Shown here piece after piece: positions 26,001 through 39,640 of a DNA stretch of 64,000 nucleotides (position 1 is the first letter of the stretch; each line of letters opens with the position of its first letter). The stretch is from Eledone cirrhosa (taxonomy: Eukaryota). The notes under the pieces were generated by a model, which worked only from the letters and a program-made list of their open reading frames with translations, made no database searches and was not told the origin of the DNA. The translations under genes and the position numbers were made by a program. The stretch covers positions 13,082,001 to 13,146,000 of the forward strand of contig OZ024744.1 in assembly GCA_964016885.1 (NCBI GenBank), in the 5' to 3' direction.

Positions 26001-28350
26001 ACTCCCATACTATGGACATGGGGTTTGAATGTCTCAGTAGTTCAGAGAGTCACTCCAGTTAAAGCCACTCTCTAAATTGAGAGATCACAACTTCCATACT
26101 ATGGACATGTCGTTAGAATGTCTCAGTAGATCAGAGAGTCACTCCAGTTAAAGCCACTCTCTAAATTGAGAGATCACAACTCCAATAATATTGACATGGG
26201 GTTTGAAAGTCTCAGTAGATTAGAGTGTCACTCCAGTTAAAGCGACTAATTCTCTAAATTGAGAGATCACAACTCCCGTACGATGGACGTGTGGTTAGAA
26301 TGTCTCAGTAGATCCGAGAAGCACTCCAGTTAAAGCTACTCTCTAAATTGAGAGATCACATCTCCCATACTATGGACATGTGGTTAGAATGTCTCAGTAG
26401 ATCAGGGAGTCATTCTTGTTAAAGCTACTCTCTAAATTGAGAGATCACAACTCCCATACTATGGACATGTGGTTACAATCTCTCAGTAGATCAGAGAGTC
26501 ATTCCAGTTAAAGTAACTCTCTGAATTGAGAGATCACAACTCCCATACTATGGACGTGTGGTTAGAATGTCTCAGTAGATCAGAGAATCACTCCAGTTAA
26601 AGCTACTCTCTAAATTGAGAGATCACAACTCCCATACTATGGAAATGTGGTTAGAATGTCTCAATAGATCAGAGAGTCACTCCAGTTAAAGCCACTCTCT
26701 AAATTGAGAAATCACAACTCCAATACCAGGGAAATGTGTTTAGAATGTCTCAGTAGATCAGAAAGTCACTCCAGTTAAAGCTACACGCTAAATTGAGAGA
26801 TCACAACTCCTATACTATGGACATGGGGTTAGAATGTCTCAGTAGATCAGAGTGTCACTCCAGTTAAAGCCACTCTCTAAATTGAGGGATCACAACTCCC
26901 ATACTATGGACATGTTGTTAGAATGTCTCAGTAGATCAGAGAGTCACTCCAGTTAAAGCCACTCTCTAAATTGAGAGATCACAACTCCAATAATATGGAC
27001 ATGGGGTTTGAAAGTCTCAGTAGATTAGAGTGTCACTCCAGTTAAAGCAACTAATTCTCTAAATTGAGAGATCACAACTCCCATACTATGGACATGTGGT
27101 TAGAATGTCTCAGTAGATCAGAGAGTCACTCCAGTTAAAGCCACTCTCAAAATTGAGAAATCACAACTCCAATACCAGGGAAATGTGTTTAGAATGTCTC
27201 AGTAGATCAGAAAGTTACTCCAGCTAAAGCTACACTCTAAATTGAGAGATCACAACTCCTATACTATGGACATAGGGTTAGAATGTCTCAGTAGATCAGA
27301 GAGTCGCTCAAGTTAAAGCCACTCTCTAAATTGAGAGATCACAACTCCAATACTATGGACATGTGGTTAGAATGTCTCAGTAGATCAGAGAGTAACTTCA
27401 GTTAAAGCTACTCTCTAAATTGAGAGATCACAACTCCAATACTATGGACATGTGGTTAGAATCTTTAAGTAGATCAGAGAGTCATTCCAGTTAAAGCCAC
27501 TCTCTAAATTGAGAGATCACAACTCCCATACTATGGACGTGTGGTTAGAATGTCTCAGTAGATCAGAGAGTCATTCCAGTTAAAGCTACTCTCTAAATTG
27601 AGAGATCACAACTTCCATACTATGGACATGTCGTTAGAATGTCTCAGTAGATCAGACAGTCACTCCAGTTAAAGCCACTCTCTAAATTGAGAGATCACAA
27701 CTCCAATACTATGGTCATGTGGTTAGAATGTCTCAGTAGATCAGAGTGTCACTCCAGTTAAAGTTACTCTCTAAATTGAGAGATCACAACTCCAATAATA
27801 TGGACATGGGGTTTGAATGTCTCAGTAGATCAGAGAGTCACTCCAGTTAAAGCTAATCTCTAAATTGAGAGATCACAACTCCAATACTATGGACATGTGG
27901 TTAGAATGTCTCAGTAGATCAGAGAGTCATTCCAGTTAAAGCCACTCTCTAAATTGAGAGATCACAACTCCCGTACGATGGACGTGTGGTTAGAATGTCT
28001 CAGTAGATCCGAGAAGCACTCCAGTTAAAGCTACTCTCTAAATTGAGAGATCACATCTCCCATACCATGGACATGTGGTTAGAATGTCTCAGTAGATCAG
28101 GGAGTCATTCTTGTTAAAGCTACTCTCTAAATTGAGAGATCACAACTCCCATACTATGGACATGTGGTTACAATCTCTCAGTAGATCAGAGAGTCATTCC
28201 AGTTAAAGTAACTCTCTGAATTGAGAGATCACAACTCCCATACTATGGACGTGTGGTTAGAATGTCTCAGTAGATCAGAGAATCACTCCAGTTAAAGCTA
28301 CTCTCTAAATTGTGAGATCACAACTCCCATACTATGGAAATGTGGTTAGA
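23040..28350. repeat. 18-monomer HOR (about 1610 bp), about 3 copies, then a 19-monomer offset to a partial fourth copy
   Basis: Marker CCCGTACGATGGACG at 23057, 24665, 26275, 27970 (offsets 1608, 1610, 1695). Each is followed by the same ordered variants (GATCCGAGAAGC, CAGGGAGTCATTCTTG, TTACAATCTCTC/AAGTAACTCTCTG). Confidence 0.88.
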
Positions 28351-31300
28351 ATGTCTCAGTAGATCAGAGAGTCACTTCAGTTAAAGCTACTCTCTAAATT
28401 GAGAGATCACAACTCCAATACTATGGACATGTGGTTAGAATCTCTCAGTAGATCAGAGAGTCATTCCAGTTAAAGCCACTCTCTAAATTGAGAGATCACA
28501 ACTCCCATATTATGGACGTGTGGTTAGAATGTCTCAGTAGATCAGAGAATCACTCCAGTTAAAGCTACTCTCTAAATTCAGAGATCACGACTCCCATACT
28601 ATCGACATGTGGTTAGAATGTCTCAGTAGATGAGAGAGTCACTCCAGTTAAAGCCACTCACTAAATTGAGAGATCACAACTCCAATACTATGGACATGTG
28701 GTAAGAATGTCTCTGTAGATCAGAGACTCACTCCAGTTAAAGCCACTCTGTAAATTGAGAGATCACAACTCCAATACTATGGACATGGGGTTTGAAAGTC
28801 TCATTAGATTAGAGTGTCACTCCAGTTAAAGCTACTCTCTAAATTGAGAGATCACAACTCCAATAATATGGACATGGGGTTTGAATGTCTCAGTAGATCA
28901 GAGAGTCGCTCAAGTTAAAGCCACTCTGTAAATTGCGAGATCACAACTCCAATACTATGGACATTTGGTTAGAATGTCTCAGTAGATCAGAGTGTCACTC
29001 CAGTTAAAGCCACTCTCTAAATTGAGAGATCACAACTTCCATACTATGGACATGTGGTTAGAATGTCTCAGTAGATCAGAGAGTCACTCCAGTTAAAGCT
29101 AATCTCTAAGTTGAGAGATCACAACTCCCATACTATGGACACGGGGTTTGAATGTCTCAGTAGATTAGAGAGTCACTCAAGTTAAAACACTCTCTAAATT
29201 GAGAGATCACAACTCCCATACTATGGAAATGTGGTTAGAATGTCTCAGTAGATCAGAGAGTCACTCCAGTTAAAGCCACTCTCTAAATTGAGAGATGACA
29301 ACTCCAATACTAGGGAAATGTGTTTAGAATGTCTCAGTAGATCAGAAAGTCACTCCAGTTAGAGCTACACACTAAATTGAGAGATCACAACTCCTATACT
29401 ATGGACATGTTGTTAGAATGTCTCAGTAGATCAGAGAGTCACTCCAGTTAAAGCCACTCTCTAAATTGAGAGATCACAACTCCAATACTATGGACATGGG
29501 GTTTGAAAGTCTCAGTAGATTAGAGTGTCACTCCAGTTAAAGCGACTAATTCTCTGAATTGAGAGATCACAACTCCCATACTATGGACATGTGGTTAGAA
29601 TGTCTCAGTAGATCAGAGAGTCACTCCAGTTAAAGCCAATCTCTAAATTGAGAGATCACAACTCCCATACTATGGACATGTGGTTAGAATGTCTCAGTAG
29701 ATCAGAAAGTCACTCCAGCTAAAGCTACACTCTAAATTGAGAGATCACAACTCCTATACTATGGACATAGGGTTAAAATGTCTCAGTAGATCAGAGAGTC
29801 GCTCAAGTTAAAGCCACTCTCTAAATTGAGAGATCACAACTCCAATACTATGGACATGTGGTTAGAATGTCTCAGTAGATCAGAGAGTCACTTCAGTTAA
29901 AGCTACTCTCTAAATTGAGAGATCACAACTCCAATACTATGGACATGTGGTTAGAATCTTTAAGTAGATCAGAGAGTCACTCCAGTTAAAGCCACTCTCT
30001 AAATTGAGAGATCACAACTCCCATACTATGGACGTGTGGTTAGAATGTCTCAGTAGATCAGAGAGTCACTCCAGTTAAAGCTACTCTCTAAATTGAGAGA
30101 TCACAACTCCCATACTATGGACATGGTGTTTGAATGTCTCAGTAGATCAGAGAGTCACTCCAGTTAAAGCCACTCTCTAAATTGAGAGATCACAACTTCC
30201 ATACTATGGACATGTCGTTAGAATGTCTCAGTAGATCAGAGAGTCACTCCAGTTAAAGCCACTCTCTAAATTGTGAGATCACAACTCCAATACTATGGTC
30301 ATGTGGTTAGAATGTCTCAGTAGATCAGAGAGTCACTCCAGTTAAACCCACTCTCTAAATTCAGAGATCACAACTCCAACACTATGGACATGGGGTTTGA
30401 ATGTCTCAGTAGATCAGAGAGTCACTCCAGTTAAAGCTAATCTCTAAATTGAGAGATCACAACTCCAATACTATGGACATGTGGTTAGAATGTCTCAGTA
30501 GATCAGAGAGTCATTCCAGTTAAAGCCACTCTCTAAATTGAGAGATCACACAACTGCCGTACTATGGACGTGTAGTTAGAATGTCTCAGTAGATCAGAAA
30601 GTCACTCCAGTTAAAGCTACACTCTAAATTGAGAGATCACAACTCCTATATTATGGACATGGGGTTAGAATGTCTCAGTAGATCAGAGTGTCACTCCAGT
30701 TAAAGCCACTCTCTAAATTGAGGGATCACAACTCCCATACTATGGACATGTTGTTAGAATGTCTCAGTAGATCAGAGAGTCACTCCAGTTAAAGCCACTC
30801 TCTAAATTGAGAGATCACAACTCCAATACTATGGACATGGGGTTTGAAAGTCTCAGTAGCTTAGAGTGTCACTCCAGTTAAAGCGACTAATTCTCTAAAT
30901 TGAGAGATCACAACTCCCATACTATGGACATGTGGTTAGAATGTCTCAGTAGATCAGAGAGTCACTCCAGTTAAAGCCACTCTCTAAATTGAGAGATCAC
31001 AACTCCCATACTATGGGCATGTGTCTAGAATGTCTCAGTAGATCAGAAAGTCACTCCAGCTAAAGCTACACTCTAAATTGAGAGATCACAACTCCTATAC
31101 TATGGACATAGGGTTAGAATGTCTCAGTAGATCAGAGAGTCCCTCAAGTTAAAGCCACTCTCTAAATTGAGAGATCACAACTCCAATACTATGGACATGT
31201 GGTTAGAATGTCTCAGTAGATCAGAGAGTCACTTCAGTTAAAGCTACTCTCTAAATTGAGAGATCACAACTCCAATACTATGGACATGTGGTTAGAATCT

Positions 31301-34300
31301 CTCAGTAGATCAGAGAGTCATTCCAGTTAAAGCCACTCTCTAAATTGAGAGATCACAACTCCCATATTATGGACGTGTGGTTAGAATGTCTCAGTAGATC
31401 AGAGAATCACTCCAGTTAAAGCTACTCTCTAAATTCAGAGATCACGACTCCCATTCTATCGACATGTGGTTAGAATGTCTCAGTAGATGAGAGAGTCACT
31501 CCAGTTAAAGCCACTCACTAAATTGAGAGATCACAACTCCAATACTATGGACATGTGGTTAGAATGTCTCTGTAGATCAGAGACTCACTCCAGTTAAAGC
31601 CACTCTGTAAATTGAGAGATCACAACTCCAATACTATGGACATGGGGTTTGAAAGTCTCATTAGATTAGAGTGTCACTCCAGTTAAAGCTACTCTCTAAA
31701 TTGAGAGATCACAACTCCAATACTATGGACATGGGGTTTGAATGTCTCAGTAGATCAGAGAGTCGCTCAAGTTAAAGCCACTCTGTAAATTGCGAGATCA
31801 CAACTCCAATACTATGGACATTTGGTTAGAATGTCTCAGTAGATCAGAGTGTCACTCCAGTTAAAGCCACTCTCTAAATTGAGAGATCACAACTTCCATA
31901 CTATGGACATGTGGTTAGAATGTCTCAGTAGATCAGAGAGTCACTCCAGTTAAAGCTAATCTCTAAGTTGAGAGATCACAACTCCCATACTATGGACACG
32001 GGGTTTGAATGTCTCAGTAGATTAGAGAGTCACTCAAGTTAAACCACTCTCTAAATTGAGAGATCACAACTCCAATACTATGGACATGTGGTTCGAATGT
32101 CTCAGTAGATCAGAGTGTCACTCCAGTTAAAGCAACTCTCTAAATTGAGAGATCACAACTCCCATACTATGGACGTGTGGTTAGAATGTCTCAGTAGATC
32201 AGAGAATCACTCCAGTGAAAGCTACTCTCTAAATTGAGAGATCACAACTCCCATACTATGGAAATGTGGTTAGAAAGTCTCAGTAGATCAGAGAGTCACT
32301 CCAGTTAAAGCCACTCTCTAAATTGAGAGATCACAACTCCAATACTATGGACGTGTGGTTAGAATGTCTCAGTAGATCAGAGAATCACTCCAATTAAAGC
32401 TACTCTCTAAATTCAGAGATCACAACTCCCTTACTGTCGACATGTGGTTAGAATGTCTCAGTAGATCAGAGAGTCACTCCAGTTAAAGCCACTCACTAAA
32501 TTGAGAGATCACAACTCCCATACTATGGACATGTGGTTAGAATGTCTCAGTAGATCAGAAAGTCACTCCAGCTAAAGCTACACTCTAAATTGAGAGATCA
32601 CAACTCCAATACTATGGACATGTGGTTAGAATGTCTCAGTAGATCAGAGACTCACTCCAGTTAAAGCCACTCTCTAAATTGAGAGATCACAACTCCAATA
32701 CTATGGACATGGGGTTTGAATGTCTCAGTAGATCAGAGAGTCGCTCAAGTTAAAGCCACTCTGTAAATTGCGAGATCACAACTCCAATACTATGGACATT
32801 TGGTTAGAATATCTCAGTAGATCAGAGTGTCACTCCAGTTAAAGCCACTCTCTAAATTGAGAGATCACAACTTCCATACTATGGACATGTTGTTAGAATG
32901 TCTCAGTAGATCAGAGAGTCACTCCAGTTAAAGACACTAATTCTCTAAATTGAGAGGTCACAACTCCAATACTATGGACATGGGGTTTGAATGTCTCAGT
33001 AGATCAGAGAGTCGCTCAAGTTAAAGCCACTCTGTAAATTGCGAGATCACAACTCCAATACTCTGGACATTTGGTTAGAATGTCTCAGTAGATCAGAGTG
33101 TCACTCCAGTTAAAGCCACTCTCTAAATTGAGGGATCACAACTCCCGTACTATGGACATGTTGTTAGAATGTCTCAGTAGATCAGAGAGTCACTCCAGTT
33201 AAAGCCACTCTCTAAATTGTGAGATCACAACTCCAATACTATGGACATGGGGTTTGAAAGTCTCAGTAGATTAGAGTGTCACTCCAGTTAAAGCGACTAA
33301 TTCTCTAAATTGAGAGATCACAACTCCCATACTATGGACATGTGGTTAGAATGTCTCAGTAGATCAGAGAGTCACTCCAGTTAAAGCCACTCTCTAATTT
33401 GAGAGATCACAACTTCCATACTATGGACATGTGGTTAGAATGTCTCAGTAGATCAGAGAATCACTCCAGTTAAAGCTACTCTCTAAATTGAGAGATCACA
33501 TCTCCCATACGATGGACATGTGGTTAGAATATCTCAGTAGAACAGAGAGTCACTCTTGTTACAGCTACTCTCTAAATTGAGAGATCACAACTCCCATACT
33601 ATGGACAAGTGGTTAGAATCTCTCAGTAGATCAGAGAGTCGCTCAAGTTAAAGCCACTCTCTAAATTGAGAGATCACAACTCCAATACTATGGACATGTG
33701 GTTAGAATGTCTCAGTAGATCAGAGAGTCACTTCAGTTAAAGCTACTCTCTAAATTGAGAGATCACAACTCCAATACTATGGACATGTGGTTAGAATCTC
33801 TCAGTAGATCAGAGAGTCATTCCAGTTAAAGCCACTCTCTAAATTGAGAAATCACAACTCCCATACTATGGACGTGTGGTTAGAATGTCTCAGTAGATCA
33901 GAGAATCACTCCAGTTAAAGCTACTCTCTAAATTCAGAGATCACGACTCCCATACTATCGACATGTGGTTAGAATGTCTCAGTAGATGAGAGAGTCACTC
34001 CAGTTAAAGCCACTCACTAAATTGAGAGATCACAACTCCAATACTATGGACATGTGGTTAGAATGTCTCTGTAGATCAGAGACTCACTCCAGTTAAAGCT
34101 ACTCTCTAAATTGAGAGATCACAACTCCCATACTATGGACATGTGGCTAGAATGTCTCAGTAGATCAGAAAGTCACTCCAGCTAAAGCTACACTCTAAAT
34201 TGAGAGATCACAACTCCTATACTATGGACATGGGGTTAGAATGTCTCAGTAGATCAGAGTGTCACTCCAGTTAAAGCCACTCTCTAAGTTGAGGGATCAC

Positions 34301-37300
34301 AACTCCCATACTATGGACATGTTGTTAGAATGTCTCAGTAGATCAGAGAGTCACTCCAGTTAAAGCCACTCTCTAAATTGAGAGATCACAACTCCAATTC
34401 TATGGACATGGGGTTTGAATGTCTCAGTAGATCAGAGAATCACTCCAGTTAAAGCCACTCTCTAAATTGAGAGATCACAACTCCAATACTATGGACATGG
34501 GGTTTGAATGTCTCAGTAGATCAGAGAGTCGCTCAAGTTAAAGCCACTGTCTAAATTGAGAGATCACAACTCCAATACTATGGACATGTGGTTAGAATGT
34601 CTCAGTAGATCAGAGAGTCACTTCAGTTAAAGCCACTCTCTAAATTAAGAGATCACAACTTCCATACTATGGACATTTGGTTAGAATGTCTCAGTAGATC
34701 AGAGAGTCACTCCAGTTAAAGCCACTCTCTAAATTCAGAGATCACAACTCCAACACTATGGACATTGGCTTTGAATGTCTCAGTAGATCAGAGTGTCACT
34801 CCAGTTAAAGCCACTCTCTAAATTGAGGGATCACAACTCCCATACTATGGACATGTTGTTAGAATGTCTCAGTAGATCAGAGAGTCACTCCAGTTAAAGC
34901 CACTCTTTAAAATTGAGAGATCACAACTCCAATACTATGGACATGTGGTTAGAATGTCTCAGTAGATCAGAGAGTCATTCCAGTTAAAGCCACTCTCTAA
35001 ATTGAGAGATCACAACTCCCATACTATGGACGTGTGGTTAGAATGTCTCAGTAGATCAGAGAATCACTCCAGTTAAAGCTACACTCTAAATTGAGAGATC
35101 ACAACTCCTATACTATGGACATGGGGTTAGAATGTCTCAGTAGATCAGAGTGTCACTCCATTAAAAGGCACTCACTAAATTGAGGGATCACAACTCCCAT
35201 ACTATGGACATGTTGTTAGAATGTCTCAGTAGATCAGAGAGTCACTCCAGTTAAAGCCACTCTCTAAATTGAGAGATCACAACTCCAATACTATGGACAT
35301 GGGTTTTGAAAGTCTCAGTAGATTAGAGTGTCACTCCAGTTAAAGCTACTCTCTAAATTGAGAGATCACAACTCCAATACTATGGACATGTGGTTAGAAT
35401 GTCTCAGTAGATCAGAGAGTCACTCCAGTTAAAGCCACTCACTAAATTGAGAGATCACAACTCCCATACTATGGACATGTGGTTAGAATGTCTCAGTAGA
35501 TCAGAAAGTCACTCCAGCTAAAGCTACACTCTAAATTGAGAGATCACAACTCCAATACTATGGACATGTGGTTAGAATGTCTCAGTAGATCAGAGACTCA
35601 CTCCAGTTAAAGCCACTCTCTAAATTGAGAGATCACAACTCCAATACTATGGACATGGGGTTTGAATGTCTCAGTAGATCAGAGAGTCGCTCAAGTTAAA
35701 GCCACTCTGTAAATTGCGAGATCACAACTCCAATACTCTGGACATTTGGTTAGAATGTCTCAGTAGATCAGAGTGTCACTCCAGTTAAAGCCACTCTCTA
35801 AATTGAGAAATCACAACTTCCATACTATGGACATGTGGTTAGAATGTCTCAGTAGATCAGAGAGTCACTCCAGTTAAAGACACTAATTCTCTAAGTTGAG
35901 AGATCACAACTCCCATACTATGGACATGGGGTTTGAATGTCTCAGTAGATTAGAGAGTCGCTCAAGTTAAAGCCACTCTGTAAATTGCGAGATCACAACT
36001 CCAATACTATGGACATTTGGTTAGAACGTCTCAGTAGATCAGAGTGTCACTCCAGTTAAAGCCACTCTCTAAATTGAGAGATCACAACTTCCATACTATG
36101 GACATGTTGTTAGAATGTCTCAGTAGATCAGAGAGTCACTCCAGTTAAAGACACTAATTCTCTAAATTGAGAGGTCACAACTCCAATACTATGGACATGG
36201 GGTTTGAATGTCTCAGTAGATCAGAGAGTCGCTCAAGTTAAAGCCACTCTGTAAATTGCGAGATCACAACTCCAATACTATGGACATGGGGTTTGAAAGT
36301 CTCAGTAGATTAGAGTGTCACTCCAGTTAAAGCGACTAATTCTCTAAATTGAGAGATCACAACTCCCATACTATGGACATGTGGTTAGAATGTCTCAGTA
36401 GATCAGAGAGTCACTCCAGTTAAAGCCACTCTCTAATTTGAGAGATCACAACTTCCATACTATGGACATGTGGTTAGAATGTCTCAGTAGATCAGAGAAT
36501 CACTCCAGTTAAAGCTACTCTCTAAATTGAGATATCACATCTCCCATACTATGGACATGTGGTTAGAATATCTCGGTAGAACAGAGAGTCACTCTTGTTA
36601 AAGCTACTCTCTAAATTGAGAGATCACAACTCCAATACTATGGACATGTGGTTAGAATCTCTCAGTAGATCAGAGAGTCATTCCAGTTAAAGCCACTCTC
36701 TAAATTGAAAGATCACAACTCCCATACTATGGACGTGTGGTTAGAATGTCTCAGTAGATCAGAGAATCACTCCAGTTAAAGCTACTCTCTAAATTCAGAG
36801 ATCACGACTCCCATACTATCGACATGTGGTTAGAATGTCACAGTAGATCAGAGAGTCATTCCAGTTAAAGCCACTCACTAAATTGAGAGATCACAACTCC
36901 CATACTATGGACATGTGGTTAGAATGTCTCGGTAGATCAGAAAGTCACTCCAGCTTAATCTACACTCTAAATTGAGAGATCACAACTCCAATACTATGGA
37001 CATGTCGTTAGAATGTCTCAGTAGATCAGAGACTCACTCCAGTTAAAGCCACTCTCTAAATTGAGAGATCACAACTCCAATACTATGGACATGGGGTTTG
37101 AAAGTCTCATTAGATTAGAGTGTCACTCCAGTTAAAGCTACTCTCTATATTGAGAGATCACAACTCCAATACTATGGACACGGGGTTTGAATGTCTCAGT
37201 AGATCAGAGAGTCGCTCAAGTTAAAGCCACTCTGTAAATTGCGAGATCACAACTCCAATACTATGGACATTTGGTTAGAATGTCTCAGTAGATCAGAGTT

Positions 37301-37899
37301 TCACTCCAGTTAAAGCCACTCTCTAAATTGAGAGATCACAACTTCCATACTATGGACATGTGGTTCGAATGTCTCAGTAGATCAGAGTGTCACTCCAGTT
37401 AAAGCAACTCTCTAAATTGAGAGATCACAACTCCCATACTATGGACGTGTGGTTAGAATGTCTCAGTAGATCAGAGAATCACTCCAGTTAAAGCTACTCT
37501 CTAAATTGAGAGATCACAACTCCCATACTATGGAAATGTGGTTAGAATGTCTCAGTAGATCAGAGAGTCACTCCAGTTAAAGCCACTCTCTTAATTGAGA
37601 GATCACAACTCCAGTACTATGGACATGTGTTTAGAATGTCTCAGTAGATCAGAAAGTCACTCCAGTTAAAGCTACACTCTAAATTGAGAGATCACAACTC
37701 CTATACTATGGACATGGGGTTAGAATGTCTCAGTAGATCAGAGTGTCACTCCAGTTAAAGCCACTCTCTAAATTGAGGGATCACAACTCCCATACTATGG
37801 ACATGTTGTTAGAATGTCTCAGTAGATCAGAGAGTCACTCCAGTTAAAGCCACTCTCTAAATTGTGAGATCACAACTCCAATACTATGGACATGGGGTT

Positions 37900-39640
37900 T
37901 GAAAGTCTCAGTAGATTAGAGTGTCACTCCAGTTAAAGGGACTAATTCTCTAAATTGAGAGATCACAACTCCCATACTATGGACATGTGGTTAGAATGTC
38001 TCAGTAGATCAGAGAGTCACTCCAGTTAAAGCCACTCTCTAATTTGAGAGATCAGAACTTCCATACTATGGACATGTGGTTAGAATGTCTCAGTAGATCA
38101 GAGAATCACTCCAGTTAAAGCTACTCTCTAAATTGAGAGATCACATCTCCCATACTATGGACATGTGGTTAGAATAACTCAGTAGAACAGAGAGTCACTC
38201 TTGTTAAAGCCACTCTCTAAATTGAGAGATCACAACTCCCATACTATGGACATGTGGCTAGAATGTCTCAGTAGATCAGAAAGTCACTCCAGCTAAAGCT
38301 ACACTCTAAATTGAGAGATCACAACTCCTATACTATGGACATAGGGTTAGAATGTCTCAGTAGATCAGAGAGTCACTCAAGTTAAAGCCACTCTCTAAAT
38401 TGAGAGATCACAACTCCAATACTATGGACATGTGGTTAGAATGTCTCAGTAGATCAGAGAGTCATTCCAGTTAAAGCTACTCTCTAAATTGAGAGATCAC
38501 AACTCCAATACTATGGACATGTGGTTAGAATCTCTCAGTAGATCAGAGAGTCATTCCAGTTAAAGCCACTCTCTAAATTGAGAGATCACAACTCCCATAC
38601 TATGGACGTGTGGTTAGAATGTCTCAGTAGATCAGAGAATCACTCCAGTTAAAGCCACTCACTAAATTGAGAGATCACAACTCCCATACTATGGACATGT
38701 GATTAGAATGTCTCAGTAGATCACAAAGTCACTCCAGCTAAAGCTACACTCTAAATTGAGATATCACAACTCCAATACTATGGGCATGTGGTTAGAATGT
38801 CTCAGTAGATCAGAGACTCACTCCAGTTAAAGCCACTCTCTAAATTGAGAGATCACAACTCCAATACTATGGACATGGGGTTTGAAAGTCTCATTAGATT
38901 AGAGTGTCACTCCAGTTAAAGCTACTCTCTAAATTGAGAGATCACAACTCCAATACTATGGACATGGGGTTTGAATGTCTCAGTAGATCAGAGAGTCGCT
39001 CAAGTTAAAGCCACTCTGTAAATTGCGAGATCACAACTCCAATACTATGGACATTTGGTTAGAATGTCTCAGTAGATCAGAGTGTCACTCCAGTTAAAGC
39101 CACTCTCTAAATTGAGAGATCACAACTTCCATACTATGGACATGTGGTTAGAATGTCTCAGTAGATCAGAGAGTAACTCCAGTTAAAGACACTAATTCTC
39201 TAAGTTGAGAGATCACAACTCCCATACTATGGACATGGGGTTTGAATGTCTCAGTAGATTAGAGAGTCACTCAATTTAAAGCTACTCTCTAAATTGAGAT
39301 ATCACAACTCCCATACTATGGACATGTGTTTAGAATGTCTCAGTAGATCAGAGAGTCACTCCATTTAAAGCTACTCTCTAAATTGAGAGATCACAACTCC
39401 CATACTATGGACATGTGGTTAGAATGTCTCAGTAGATCTGAGAGTCACTCCAGTTAAAGCCACTCTCTAAATTGAGAGATCACAACTCCCATACTATGGA
39501 CATGTGGTTAGAATGTCTCAGTAGATCAGAGAGTCAGTCCAGTTAAAGTCACTCTCTAAATTGAGAGATCACAACTCCAATACTATGGAAATGGGGTTTG
39601 AAAGTCTCAGTAGATTAGAGTGTCACTCCAGTTAAAGCGA
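37900..39640. repeat. One full copy of the 19-monomer base HOR (1699 bp) of the right-hand domain
   Basis: ACTAATT (in the GCGACTAATT-type monomer) at 37941 and 39640, offset 1699 = 19 x 89 + 8. The same ordered monomer string recurs at 54467-56166. Confidence 0.82.
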
